DNA from: Macrostomum hystrix
Lineage: Eukaryota > Animalia > Platyhelminthes
Assembly: GCA_950097015.1 (NCBI GenBank)
Contig: CATNEN010000012.1
Span: 3,348,001 to 3,412,000, forward strand
DNA length: 64,000 nucleotides
Reading direction: 5' to 3'
The notes beneath the pieces are model-generated. The model ran no database searches, was not told the origin of the DNA, and was given only the letters and a program-made list of their open reading frames with translations. The position numbers were made by a program, and so were the translations under genes. This document shows positions 45,952 through 58,900 of the stretch, one piece after another (within the stretch, counting starts at the first letter, position 1; every line of letters begins with the position of its first letter).

Positions 45952-48900
45952 TTGTTGACTACATCCTTATAAAACTTTTAACTCTGGCATTTTAACTTCC
46001 ACATGCGCCATTTTAACTTTTAAAAGGTTTTAAGTGTAAAAATATGTTAACGCAGCAAACTAGGAATTTGCCCTGAAGTCATTATGTTGATGCTAAACTT
46101 GATGTTAAATAATACACAAAAAACCTACATTGAAAAATTATTTTACTTCTATTTTTAGCCAAGGCAACGAGAATCTTGTCACAAAATCTAGACATTATAA
46201 AGGGAATATATTAAATAAAGTCAGGATACAACACAACATGCGGATGCATATAGAAGAGTAATGCAATAATTAAAAGTCTATTTGTGCTCATGCACTAATC
46301 AAACAGATATTTCAATATTTCAACTGCAATACTGCAATACTGCAATACATTTGCAATACTGCAAATTAGGACAAGATGAAATTACTTAGTATTGTTGTAT
46401 CTTATTCAGTAGAAATTTAAATATATAGTTAATGGAATAATGAACAAATCATTTAAATAGTACAATTTCCCAACTTCGGGATTCTAAAACAAAAACTGCC
46501 AAGTCTTTGCCAATGATAGGCCTAGACAGCTAAGCTAGCTGACATGCCCCAAAATTTTAGAATCATAGACACAACTGCTATGTCAGTGTGTCAATGAGTA
46601 AGCCACAACTATATATTTTGGACATGGCATGGCAGCCATGAACATATTTTTTCGTTTTTTTAGCACAGTATCTATGCTCTTATGTGTGTGCAGTGTTCAA
46701 ATTCAATACTTTAATTCCATGACTCCAAAGGAGAAGAATTTACTGTTTTATAAAATTAAGTTCAAACTATATTTTTGGGCTTTAAGAATAAAATATAGGG
46801 GCAGTTCGTTAATTTTTATTTAGGCCTACGCTAGCCCTAAAGCCATAAAGGTAACAAATTACTACTTCAGTTACAATTACTATAAACAATTACTACAACC
46901 TGATGCTAGTAATCATAAATCAGCTGCCTCTGATGCTAGCTGCAAAGAAGTATTTGTGAAAAATATAGAGCAGTTTCAAATTATAATTAAAGTATATTGT
47001 TGGAATGTTGCGTTAAAGTAGGCCTATGAATTCAACGGTTGTATTATTGCGTTACAAAAATTTCTTGTTATGTAAGGCGAGACACGTGTTTACGAATTAA
47101 ACAACTTGCTAGAACCGACTGCAAACTAACAAAGTAGTCAAGCGAAAGGAAAAACAATTACTTAAGCTATATTCAAGCTATATTTAGCTTATTGAAAATA
47201 TATGCCAAAAAGATTTATTTACATACTGTTTTCTTCGCATTGTTGTGTACTCAACGCCGGGGTTAGATTGCTAGATAGCTAGTTAGTATAGGTTTAGATA
47301 GCTAGTTGTATCAAAATTGTCGATTACAGTTATTGGGTGTTAGTTACAATTTGCATAAAAATTACAGTATTACACACTATTTAGATTTCTGATTTATTTA
47401 TTGATAATCAAAATAATTATTCAGAATGGGTGCAAATGATTATTCGTCAATTCATATAAGGCAACAATTTGTAACCTGCCTGAAGGAGCGAAATTATAAC
47501 TGATTAACTAATTAAACATAATAGGCCTAGCCAACCTGTCTAATTGTTGTATTTATGAAGCCAGCCTAGGCTAGGCTTAGCAAGCTAGTTATTGTCAATC
47601 AAGCAACAAATGTGATATTTTTACATCACATTACATCACATCACATTACAACAACAACAAACTAAATTCAAAATGTGAAAATATTTTATGCATTTTTTAA
47701 TAAAAATAATATCCTGGGGCTGGAGCTATAAATTATAATTTTATATTATTTAAGTTTATCTAGTAATAACAGTATAAGTAACATACATAGCACAATTAGC
47801 AAAACCAGTTTGTTTTTCTCATGTGAAATTAATTTAGAGTTAAAATCAAATTCTATATTAACCTGTTGAGCTAGTACAAAGGTTATAACTTATGTTTTAA
47901 ATAGTTGTTTTATTATGGGAGCCCTGTAAAACAATAGAGGTTTCAGGCCTAGCCCAGCTAACTAATGCCTAGCTAATGACTAGGCATAGGACTCGTGTCT
48001 CATGACTGAAGGTTGGGGGTCTGGTTCTGATCAAAAGACTTAGGCCCTAACTGTGTACTGTGTTGTTTTAGTTCACCTAGCTAAGGTTTTTTTAGGTAGG
48101 CCTAGCAGAATCATCAGCTGATATATAATGGTAATTATAGCATCTTCCAAGCTCCCAGAGTCCCAGTATATAAACTGAAAAAAAATTGTGTGCATAGCCT
48201 TATGATGATGTGCTAGGCAATAGCTAGGCCTAGCTACAAAATTGCTATTGGCAGTTCCTTATCCACTCAAATAATAAAAGGCTAGCCAAGCTAGTAATTA
48301 TTATTATTAATATATTCATTTGTTACATAAACACTATTTTAAAGGTTTTATTTATTGGATTAAAATTATTGAATGGAATTTGAAGTAGCCTATGATATTT
48401 TTTCTTGGGATTGAGATCATTTATTCTTAGAATAGGATTCAATGATTCCTAGTAATCAAACTAGGATCAGGTCTTTTTGTAGGATAGGCCTATAGGACAG
48501 TAGGTCTAGTAGAGTTGTATGGAGTCAGGGACATCCAATATGATGTAGACACAAATAATATTGGCTTATCATAATAACAAGGCTCAAGTTATATATATTT
48601 AACATAGAAGTTAAAAAATAAAGTAAAAATGCATCTAGCCACTAAAATAATATGCAAGTGATTACTTAAAAATAGTATGTTGTACAATTTTTTACTCAAA
48701 AGACCTATTGCTAATTTCCATTTTAAGGGTCAGGATCCTAATCTAGCAGGTATCAAATTTTCCTTAAGATCTTAAGCTTTTGAGTGCCTCATCAAGTACC
48801 AAGGGTCTAAGTCTCCTAAATTAAGAAGACCTTCATGAAAATATCAATAATCTGGACTGAGCTGTTTTTATAGTTAACAAATGTATGTTTTAAGGACAGT

Positions 48901-49911
48901 ATAAAAATCAAATAATTTTTTAAGAATCAATGAGTTTTCCATTCTTTTCATTTTTTCTAGAACTAAAGCACATAATCAAACTCATTTTTTATAAATATTG
49001 GCCCTACATTACAATATTAACTAGTTTCATTAAAAAGAATTAATTGAGGCTTGTATTTATACTAAGTAAATCAACTTTTTCTGGGGCTTAGACTGTAGAA
49101 TACTGAAATACCAGTCAAACCAACAATAGAGATTGGGCATAGGGTGACTATAGAGCCCTAATAAACAACCTCATAAGTATATTGCCATTGTTTAGCTATC
49201 CTTTATAAACTTATTGAAGAAACGTCTATTTATTTGCAAAGAAGACAAAATGTAATTTTATAAACTCTATAGTTGTATCTGATTTAATTATTAAACTTTC
49301 CAATGGTTAGATAAATATTGGAATTAGACCTAGTTTCTAGATCTAGTTATAACCTATTTTAATTAATTTTTTACTTTGGTATATAATGTAGCAAATAAAT
49401 TCGATAATAATATTCATATCTAAGTATAAAACTCTAGTTTCCTTTTTAGAATCAGTATATATATTTTTATGTTTATTTACCACTTATTTAATAAAAAAAC
49501 TAATTCTATTTTAAATGTGTTTTATATACTGGTCAGGAAAGTTTCGTTGATTTAATAATGAGAAACAGTAACTACTTTAAAAAGGCAATTTAATATTTCC
49601 AAATGGGGTCAGCAGTTTATCCCTTAAAATAAAGGAAGCCCTAATTTTTAATGGCAACACAACTAGGTAACTTTTCTCGTTTTACCTACTCTCAAGACAT
49701 ATTGTTCCAGATATATCTGTGATGGTACCTTAAAATTTCTTGCAACAATTAAACAAACAAATTCCTTTTTTCAGAGCACATAGCTTTATTAAATTGTTGT
49801 TTCATTCAGCCAGTATTACTCAAACCACTACACGCAAGCAAGAAAAAAGACAGCTCTTCGATTTTTATATACCAAATAGGTAATAGTTTGTCTTAGTAAA
49901 AAACGCAAAGG

Positions 49912-52900
49912 ATGTCGGACTCGCTGATGCATGGGCAGGATGACTTGCTGGACATCAGCAGCAGTGAGTCATTGATGCTATTCAATAACAACATTCGCTG
50001 CAATCTTGACAACAATGGGCAGAAAATTGATGACGAGCACGATAATGCCGGGCTGATGGAGACCTTTGGCAACTGCTGCCTCGAGGACAGTCACAACCAG
50101 CCTGCTGATAGACCCGATGCTAATTCGGAGTGCAATTCTGAGTCTGCTCACGGCTCGCTGGCTGGCGACTGCGGCATGTGCCAGCGGCCACTTACCGAGC
50201 CAGTGTTTCTGGCCTGCCTGCACCGATTCGATCTCGCCTGCCTGCAAGCCGCTAAAACTGGAACTGGAGCCGCCGATCCTGTCCTGATGTGTCCGAAATG
50301 TCGCACACCAACTGTGCTCAACGCCTCGCTGGGATTGGCTGGCCTAACTCGCGATCAACTGTACATGCGGGTTAGTTTCAAATTTGATGCGCTAATACAT
50401 AGAGACGCTAGAATAATTAGACCTTTCTGTCCCTCAACTTAACCTTAAGGTTTACTTAACGAGGTAAAAGTAAGCTTATGGGGTTACGGCCTAGAGGTTG
50501 GACTCACGACTTGCAGGTCGGGGGTTCGATTCCCGACTCCAACGGAACAATTTGTGTCCTTTAGCAAGACTTCTATATTTCTTCAGTTCACCCAGCTGTT
50601 AAATGGGTTCCTGCATTTGCTGGAGTAATTGAGGGTGGTGTGGCATTCCCCCCAGTCCATGGACTGAACAGCCGTACGCAGTCTTCAGGTGCGTCGGCTG
50701 TGCCTGTCGGCTGCACATCTGGCCAGTATTGTTTTTAGCCAACTTTAGACATAGGAAATTCACGTATCTTAGGGACAAATTATTCCCCTTGGGCAAAGAT
50801 TCGAACTCCCGCACTCGCGCAGTGCAAATTCCGAAGCTCTATCCACTGTTAAAAAGACAATTGTTCGTCTTTGTTTAGGAAGCCGCTCCAAAAGCCGAGC
50901 GGCCCCGCTGCGGCGGTTGCACGACGGGCGCTGAAGCCGTGGCAAGGTGTCGCGACTGCGCCGACTACCTCTGCGACGCCTGCCGTCGCGCCCATTCGGT
51001 CATGAAGACATTTATTCGGCATCGGGTTCGCGATTTGACTTCCAGCAGCAACGGTGGCGCCGATGCTTCCTACGGCGACTACGACGACGGCGACTGTGTC
51101 GATGATGATGAAGTTGACTTCCAGTTGTGCTGCGCCGAGCACCCTGCTGAGCGCTGTCGCTACTACTGCCACGACTGCGCTGGGCTTCACTGCGCCGAGT
51201 GTGTGGCCACTGGCCACAAACTGCACCGGGTGGAGCCCGCCCTGACTGCTGGCAAACGGCTGACTGCCGCTCTAGCCGACGATGCCAGACGACTGCGCGA
51301 TTGTCGGCGACGCTGGCAGGCTGAGCACACTAAAATGCAGGTGAGTGGTCCAATCCTCCAATACTTTACTCAAATCATTCTTAGACTCAGGCCTACAATA
51401 CTTTACTCAAATCATTCTTAGACTCATGCCTACAATACTCTACTCAGATCATTCTTAGACTCAGGCCTACAATACTCTACTCAGATCATTATTAGACTCA
51501 GGCCTACAATACTCTACTCAGATCATTCTTAGACTCAGGCCTACAATACTCTACTCAGATCATTCTTAGACTCAGGCCTACAATACTCTACTCAGATCAT
51601 TATTAGACTCAGGCCTACAATACTCTACTCAGATCATTCTTAGACTCAGGCCTACAATACTCTACTCAGATCTGTCTTAGACTCAGGCCTACAATACTCT
51701 ACTCAGATCTGTCTTAGACTCAGGCCTACAATACTCTACTCAGATCTGTCTTAGACTCAGGCCTACAATACTCTACTCAGATCATTCTTAGACTCAGGCC
51801 TACAATACTCTACTCAGATCATTCTTAGACTCAGGCCTACAATACTCTACTCAGATCATTCTTAGACTCAGGCCTACAATACTCTACTCAGATCATTCTT
51901 AGACTCAGGCCTACAATACTCTACTCAGATCATTCTTAGACTCAGGCCTACAATACTCTACTCAGTTCATTCTTAGACTCAGGCCTCTTTAATCTCGGCC
52001 GTCACATTCCAGGATCGCCTATCGGAGATAGACGACAGTCGGCAGCAAAACGAAGGCGCCATCCGTGAGGCCCTGTCCTCCTATCGGGCCTTCATCGAGG
52101 AAGCTGGCAAGCGCCTACTAGATGAGAATCGACGCCTTCACAATGAGCTGGAGATGCGTGTGATGGAGCAGCTGGAAGCTGTATCCAAGGGCGCCGATCA
52201 GATGTCTGAAGCGGCCGTTTTCGTCCGCGCCTACAGCGAGAGAGCCGGCCCCGTCTGCGCCGCCTACGCCGCCAAAGTTCTACGCGACTGGGCTGCCACC
52301 CTCATGCGCTGCCACTGGGAAACCAACCTGCCGGCCTCCGTGCCATTCAAAGCTAATCATGCCGAGTTTCGCCGTCTCGTGCTGGCCAACTTTGGTCACT
52401 TCCTGACTACAGGAGGTCTGGCTACGCCAACCAGTGAGAGCTGCGTCGCCCTGGCTGCCTCCGCCGATGCCGTAGCCAAAGTTGACGCGGCCGCCCTGCT
52501 ACGCGGTGGCCCCGCCTCCAGCGACCAGCAGGTCAGGGCCGATTGTTTTTTGCGCCCTGGACACTGAATCACGTGTTGCTTGGCTCCTCCCAGCCCTAAT
52601 CCTTCTAGTTGGCTTTTAGCTCCGCTACCCTAATCCTTCTAGTTGGCTTTTAGCTCGGCTGCCCTAATCCTTCTAGTTGGCTTTTAGCTCCGCTACCCTA
52701 ATCCTTCTAGTTGGCTTTTAGCTCCGCTGCCCTAATCCTTCTAGTTGGCTTTTAGCTCCGCTGCCCTAATCCTTCTAGTTGGCTTTTAGCTCGGCTGCCC
52801 TAATCCTTCTAGTTGGCTTTTAGCTCCGCTACCCTAATCCTTCTAGTTGGCTTTTAGCTCCGCTACCCTAATCCTTCTAGTTGGCTTTTAGCTCCGCTGC

Positions 52901-55900
52901 CCTAGTCCTTCTAGTTGGCTTTTAGCTCCGCTGCCCTAATCCTTCTAGTTGGCTCTCAGCTCCGCTACCCTAATCCTTCTAGTTGGCTTTTAGCTCCGCT
53001 GCCCTAATCCTTCTAGTTGGCTTTTAGCTCCGCTGCCCTAATCCTTCTAGTTGGCTTTTAGCTCGGCTGCCCTAATCCTTCTAGTTGGCTTTTAGCTCCG
53101 CTGCCCTAATCCTTCTAGTTGGCTTTTAGCTCCGCTGCCCTAATCCTTCTAGTTGGCTTTTAGCTCCGCTGCCCTAATCCTTCTAGTTGGCTCTCAGCTC
53201 CGCTACCCTAATCCTTCTAGTTGGCTTTTAGCTCCGCTACCCTAATCCTTCTAGTTGGCTTTTAGCTCCGCTGCCCTAATCCTTCTAGTTGGCTCTCAGC
53301 TCCGCTACCCTAATCCTTCTAGTTGGCTCTCAGCTCCGCTACCCTAATCCTTCTAGTTGGCTTTTAGCTCCGCTGCCCTAATCCTTCTAGTTGGCTCTCA
53401 GCTCCGCTACCCTAATCCTTCTAGTTGGCTTTTAGCTCCGCTGCCCTAATCCTTCTAGTTGGCTCTCAGCTCCGCTGCCCTAATCCTTCTAGTTGGCTTT
53501 TAGCTCCGCTGCCCTAATCCTTCTAGTTGGCTTTTAGCTCCGCTACCCTAATCCTTCTAGTTGGCTTTAAGCTCCGCTGCCCTAATCCTTCTAGTTGGCT
53601 TTTAGCTCCGCTGCCCTAATCCTTCTAGTTGGCTTTTAGCTCGGCTGCCCTAATCCTTCTAGTTGGCTTTTAGCTCCGCTACCCTAATCCTTCTAGTTGG
53701 CTTTTAGCTCCGCTACCCTAATCCTTCTAGTTGGCTTTTAGCTCCGCTGCCCTAATCCTTCTAGTTGGCTTTTAGCTCCGCTGCCCTAATCCTTCTAGTT
53801 GGCTCTCAGCTCCGCTACCCTAATCCTTCTAGTTGGCTTTTAGCTCCGCTGCCCTAATCCTTCTAGTTGGCTTTTAGCTCCGCTGCCCTAATCCTTCTAG
53901 TTGGCTTTTAGCTCCGCTGCCCTAATCCTTCTAGTTGGCTTTTAGCTCGGCTGCCCTAATCCTTCTAGTTGGCTTTTAGCTCCGCTGCCCTAATCCTTCT
54001 AGTTGGCTTTTAGCTCCGCTGCCCTAATCCTTCTAGTTGGCTTTTAGCTCGGCTGCCCTAATCCTTCTAGTTGGCTTTTAGCTCCGCTACCCTAATCCTT
54101 CTAGTTGGCTTTTAGCTCCGCTACCCTAATCCTTCTAGTTGGCTTTTAGCTCCGCTGCCCTAATCCTTCTAGTTGGCTTTTAGCTCCGCTGCCCTAATCC
54201 TTCTAGTTGGCTTTTAGCTCCGCTGCCCTAATCCTTCTAGTTGGCTTTTAGCTCGGCTGCCCTAATCCTTCTAGTTGGCTTTTTGCTCCGCTGCCCTAAT
54301 CCTTGTAGTTGGCTCTTAGCTCCGCTACCCTAATCCTTCTAGTTGGGTTTTAGCTCCGCTACCCTAATCCTTCTAGTTGGGTTTTAGCTCCGCTACCCTA
54401 ATCCTTGTAGTTGGCTCTTAGCTCCGCTACCCTAATCCTTCTAGTTGGGTTTTAGCTCCGCTACCCTAATCCTTCTAGTTGGGTTTTAGCTCCGCTACCC
54501 TAATCCTTCTAGTTGGGTTTTAGCTCCGCTACCCTAATCCTTCTAGTTGGCTTTTAGCTACGCTACCCTAATCCTTCTAGTTGGCTCTTAGCTCCGCTAC
54601 CCTAATCCTTCTAGTTGGCTTTTAGCTCCGCTGCCCTAATCCTTCTAGTTGGCTTTTAGCTCCGCTGCCCTAATCCTTCTAGTTGGCTTTTAGCTCCGCT
54701 GCCCTAATCCTTCTAGTTGGCTTTTAGCTCCGCTACCCTAATCCTTCTAGTTGGCTTTTAGCTCTGCTACCCTAATCCTTCTAGTTGGCTTTTAGCTCCG
54801 CTGCCCAAATCCTTCTAGTTGGCTTTTAGCTCCGCTGCCCTAATCCTTCTAGTTGGCTTTTAGCTCCGCTACCCTAATCCTTCTAGTTGGCTTTTAGCTC
54901 CGCTGCCCTAATCCTTCTAGTTGGCTTTTAGCTCCGCTGCCCTAATCCTTCTAGTTGGCTTTTAGCTCCGCTACCCTAATCCTTCTAGTTGGCTTTTAGC
55001 TCCGCTACCCTAATCCTTCTAGTTGGCTTTTAGCTCCGCTGCCCTAATCCTTCTAGTTGGCTTTTAGCTCCGCTACCCTAATCCTTCTAGTTGGCTTTTA
55101 GCTCCGCTGCCCTAATCCTTCTAGTTGGCTTTTAGCTCCGCTGCCCTAATCCTTCTAGTTGGCTTTTAGCTCCGCTACCCTAATCCTTCTAGTTGGCTTT
55201 TAGCTCCGCTGCCCTAATCCTTCTAGTTGGCTTTTAGCTCCGCTGCCCTAATCCTTCTAGTTGGCTTTTAGCTCCGCTACCCTAATCCTTCTAGTTGGCT
55301 TTTAGCTCCGCTGCCCTAATCCTTCTAGTTGGCTTTTAGCTCCGCTGCCCTAATCCTTCTAGTTGGCTTTTAGCTCGGCTGCCCTAATCCTTCTAGTTGG
55401 CTTTTAGCTCCGCTACCCTAATCCTTCTAGTTGGCTTTTAGCTCCGCTACCCTAATCCTTCTAGTTGGCTTTTAGCTCCGCTGCCCTAATCCTTCTAGTT
55501 GGCTTTTAGCTCCGCTGCCCTAATCCTTCTAGTTGGCTCTCAGCTCCGCTACCCTAATCCTTCTAGTTGGCTTTTAGCTCCGCTGCCCTAATCCTTCTAG
55601 TTGGCTTTTAGCTCCGCTGCCCTAATCCTTCTAGTTGGCTCTCAGCTCCGCTACCCTAATCCTTCTAGTTGGCTTTTAGCTCCGCTGCCCTAATCCTTCT
55701 AGTTGGCTTTTAGCTCCGCTGCCCTAATCCTTCTAGTTGGCTTTTAGCTCGGCTGCCCTAATCCTTCTAGTTGGCTTTTAGCTCCGCTGCCCTAATCCTT
55801 CTAGTTGGCTTTTAGCTCCGCTGCCCTAATCCTTCTAGTTGGCTTTTAGCTCGGCTGCCCTAATCCTTCTAGTTGGCTTTTAGCTCCGCTGCCCTAATCC

Positions 55901-58900
55901 TTGTAGTTGGCTCTTAGCTCCGCTACCCTAATCCTTCTAGTTGGGTTTTAGCTCCGCTACCCTAATCCTTCTAGTTGGGTTTTAGCTCCGCTACCCTAAT
56001 CCTTGTAGTTGGCTCTTAGCTCCGCTACCCTAATCCTTCTAGTTGGGTTTTAGCTCCGCTACCCTAATCCTTCTAGTTGGGTTTTAGCTCCGCTACCCTA
56101 ATCCTTCTAGTTGGGTTTTAGCTCCGCTACCCTAATCCTTCTAGTTGGCTTTTAGCTCCGCTACCCTAATCCTTCTAGTTGGCTCTTAGCTCCGCTACCC
56201 TAATCCTTCTAGTTGGCTTTTAGCTCCGCTGCCCTAATCCTTCTAGTTGGCTTTTAGCTCCGCTACCCTAATCCTTCTTGTTGGCTTTTAGCTCTGCTAC
56301 CCTAATCCTTCTAGTTGGCTTTTAGCTCCGCTGCCCAAATCCTTCTAGTTGGCTTTTAGCTCCGCTGCCCTAATCCTTCTAGTTGGCTTTTAGCTCCGCT
56401 GCCCTAATCCTTCTAGTTGGCTTTTAGCTCCGCTGCCCTAATCCTTCTAGTTGGCTTTTTAGCTCCGCTACCCTAATCCTTCTAGTTGGCTTTTAGCTCC
56501 GCTGCCCTAATCCTTCTAGTTGGCTTTTAGCTCGGCTGCCCTAATCCTTCTAGTTGGCTTTTAGCTCCGCTGCCCTAATCCTTCTAGTTGGCTTTTAGCT
56601 CCGCTGCCCTAATCCTTCTAGTTGGCTTTTAGCTCCGCTGCCCTAATCCTTCTAGTTGGGTTTTAGCTCCGCTACCCTAATCCTTCTAGTTGGCTTTTAG
56701 CTCCGCTGCCCTAATCCTTCTAGTTGGCTTTTAGCTCCGCTGCCCTAATCCTTCTAGTTGGCTCTCAGCTCCGCTGCCCTAATCCTTCTAGTTGGCTTTT
56801 AGCTCCGCTACCCTAATCCTTCTAGTTGGCTTTTAGCTCCGCTACCCTAATCCTTCTAGTTGGCTCTCAGCTCCGCTGCCCTAGTCCATCTAGTTGGCTT
56901 TTAGCTCCGCTGCCCTAATCCTTCTAGTTGGCTTTTAGCTCCGCTGCCCTAATCCTTCTAGTTGGGTTTTAGCTCCGCTGCCCTAATCCTTCTAGTTGGC
57001 TTTTAGCTCCGCTACCCTAATCCTTCTAGTTGGCTCTTAGCTCCGCTGCCCTAATCCTTCTAGTTGGCTTTTAGCTCCGCTGCCCTAATCCTTCTAGTTG
57101 GCTTTTAGCTCCGCTACCCTAATCCTTCTAGTTGGCTCTCAGCTCCGCTGCCCTAATCCTTCTAGTTGGCTTTTAGCTCCGCTACCCTAATCCTTCTAGT
57201 TGGGTTTTAGCTCCGCTACCCTAATCCTTCTAGTTGGCTTTTAGCTCCGCTACCCTAATCCTTCTAGTTGGCTCTTAGCTCCGCTACCCTAATCCTTCTA
57301 GTTGGCTTTTAGCTCCGCTGCCCTAATCCTTCTAGTTGGCTTTTAGCTCCGCTACCCTAATCCTTCTAGTTGGCTTTTAGCTCCGCTGCCCTAATCCTTC
57401 TAGTTGGCTTTTAGCTCCGCTACCCTAATCCTTCTAGTTGACTCTCAGCTCCGCTGCCCTAATCCTTCTATGATAATTGTTTATTCTAAGCTCCACTTCC
57501 TTAATCATAAATCCATCAAGATCATTGTTGAATGCTTCATTAAATTTCCCAGAATTCGGCAGCCTACCTGAACAAATTAAAGTCAGAAGTAGGCAGTGCG
57601 CCTGGCCCGTGCGCGGCCTACGGTACTAGCAACAACCCGGCTCTGTTTGGCCTACCCTCCCAGACTAGTCCGGGCGCTCCCGGCTCAGACAGCGGCGTCA
57701 GCATCGGCTCCGAGCCATTGCTGAGCTCCGTACTAGCCGCTAATAAGCAACAGCTGCAGCTAGACGCAATGCAGCATTCTGCGTTCGATTTTGCTTCCAT
57801 TGTTTCCGGCGGCAGCGGGGGTGGCTGCGGCGCTCCGGGCTCCATCTCGCCGACGCAGCATTCGCATTCGTCAGCCTCTGGCATTGTCACCGCTGCCTCG
57901 GCTAGCAGTTTCCGCACCGGCCGCTGCATACCAATGACCGTGCGCCACCGCTGGGGGTCGCTTGGCTCTGCTGTCGGACAGTTTAATTCGCCGCATGGCT
58001 TCTGCCTTGGACCAGATGAGGATATTGTGGTGGCCGATACGCAAAATCACCGGGTGCAGGTGTGCATTTGTTTACTCACTTTCAGGGTCACGATTTGGTT
58101 CAGTTTTCACCTTAATGTGTCAGTTTCCTCCTGGAAAATGAGTCAGTTTCCACCTGGAAAATGAGTCAGTTTCCACCTGGAAAATGAGTCAGTTTTCACG
58201 TAGGATATGGGTCAGCTTCCACCTAAGATATGGGTCAGTTTCCACCAAGGATGAGGGTCAGTTTCCACCTAGGATATGGGTCAGCTTCCACCTAGGATAT
58301 GGGTCAGTTTCCACCTAAGATATGGGTCAGTTTCCACCTAGGATATGGGTCAGCTTCCACCTAAGATATGGGTCAGTTTCCACCTAGGATATGGGTCAGC
58401 TTCCACCTAAGATATGGGTCAGTTTCCACCTAGGATATGGGTCAGTTTCCACCTAGGATATGGGTCAGTTTCCACCTAGGATATGGGTCAGTTTCCACCT
58501 AGGATATGGGTCAGTTTCCACCTGGGTTCAATAAAGTTCTATACGTCCGCCCTCCCCACCCACCGGGCTCGCAGGTATTCGACAAGTCCGGCGAGCTCAA
58601 ATTCCAATTCGGCGTTGCCGGCCGAGAGGAGGGCCAGCTCTGGTATCCGCGCAAGGTTGCCGTGATGCGCCAATCGGCCCTCTACGTTGTCTGCGATCGT
58701 GGCAGCGAGCGCAGCCGAATGCAGCTGTTTAATAAGGCCGGCCAGTTTCTGCGCAAGATCACAGTCCGCTACATAGACATTGTGGCCGGCTTGGCCATCA
58801 ACAATCTGCAGCAGATTGTAGCCGTTGACTCAGTCTCTCCGACTGTGTTTGTCATTGCCGAGAATGGCGACTTAGTTAAATGGTTCGATTGCTCCAGCTA

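Noticed and set aside
50480-50545. tRNA gene
   Set aside because: It has a B box but no complete cloverleaf, and it runs into a body shared with two other copies, so it is a SINE head.
52590-57470. Interstitial telomere (CCCTAA per unit; AGGGTTAG in the 4195-4735 array)
   Set aside because: Only one hexamer occurs per 34-37 bp unit and never in tandem.
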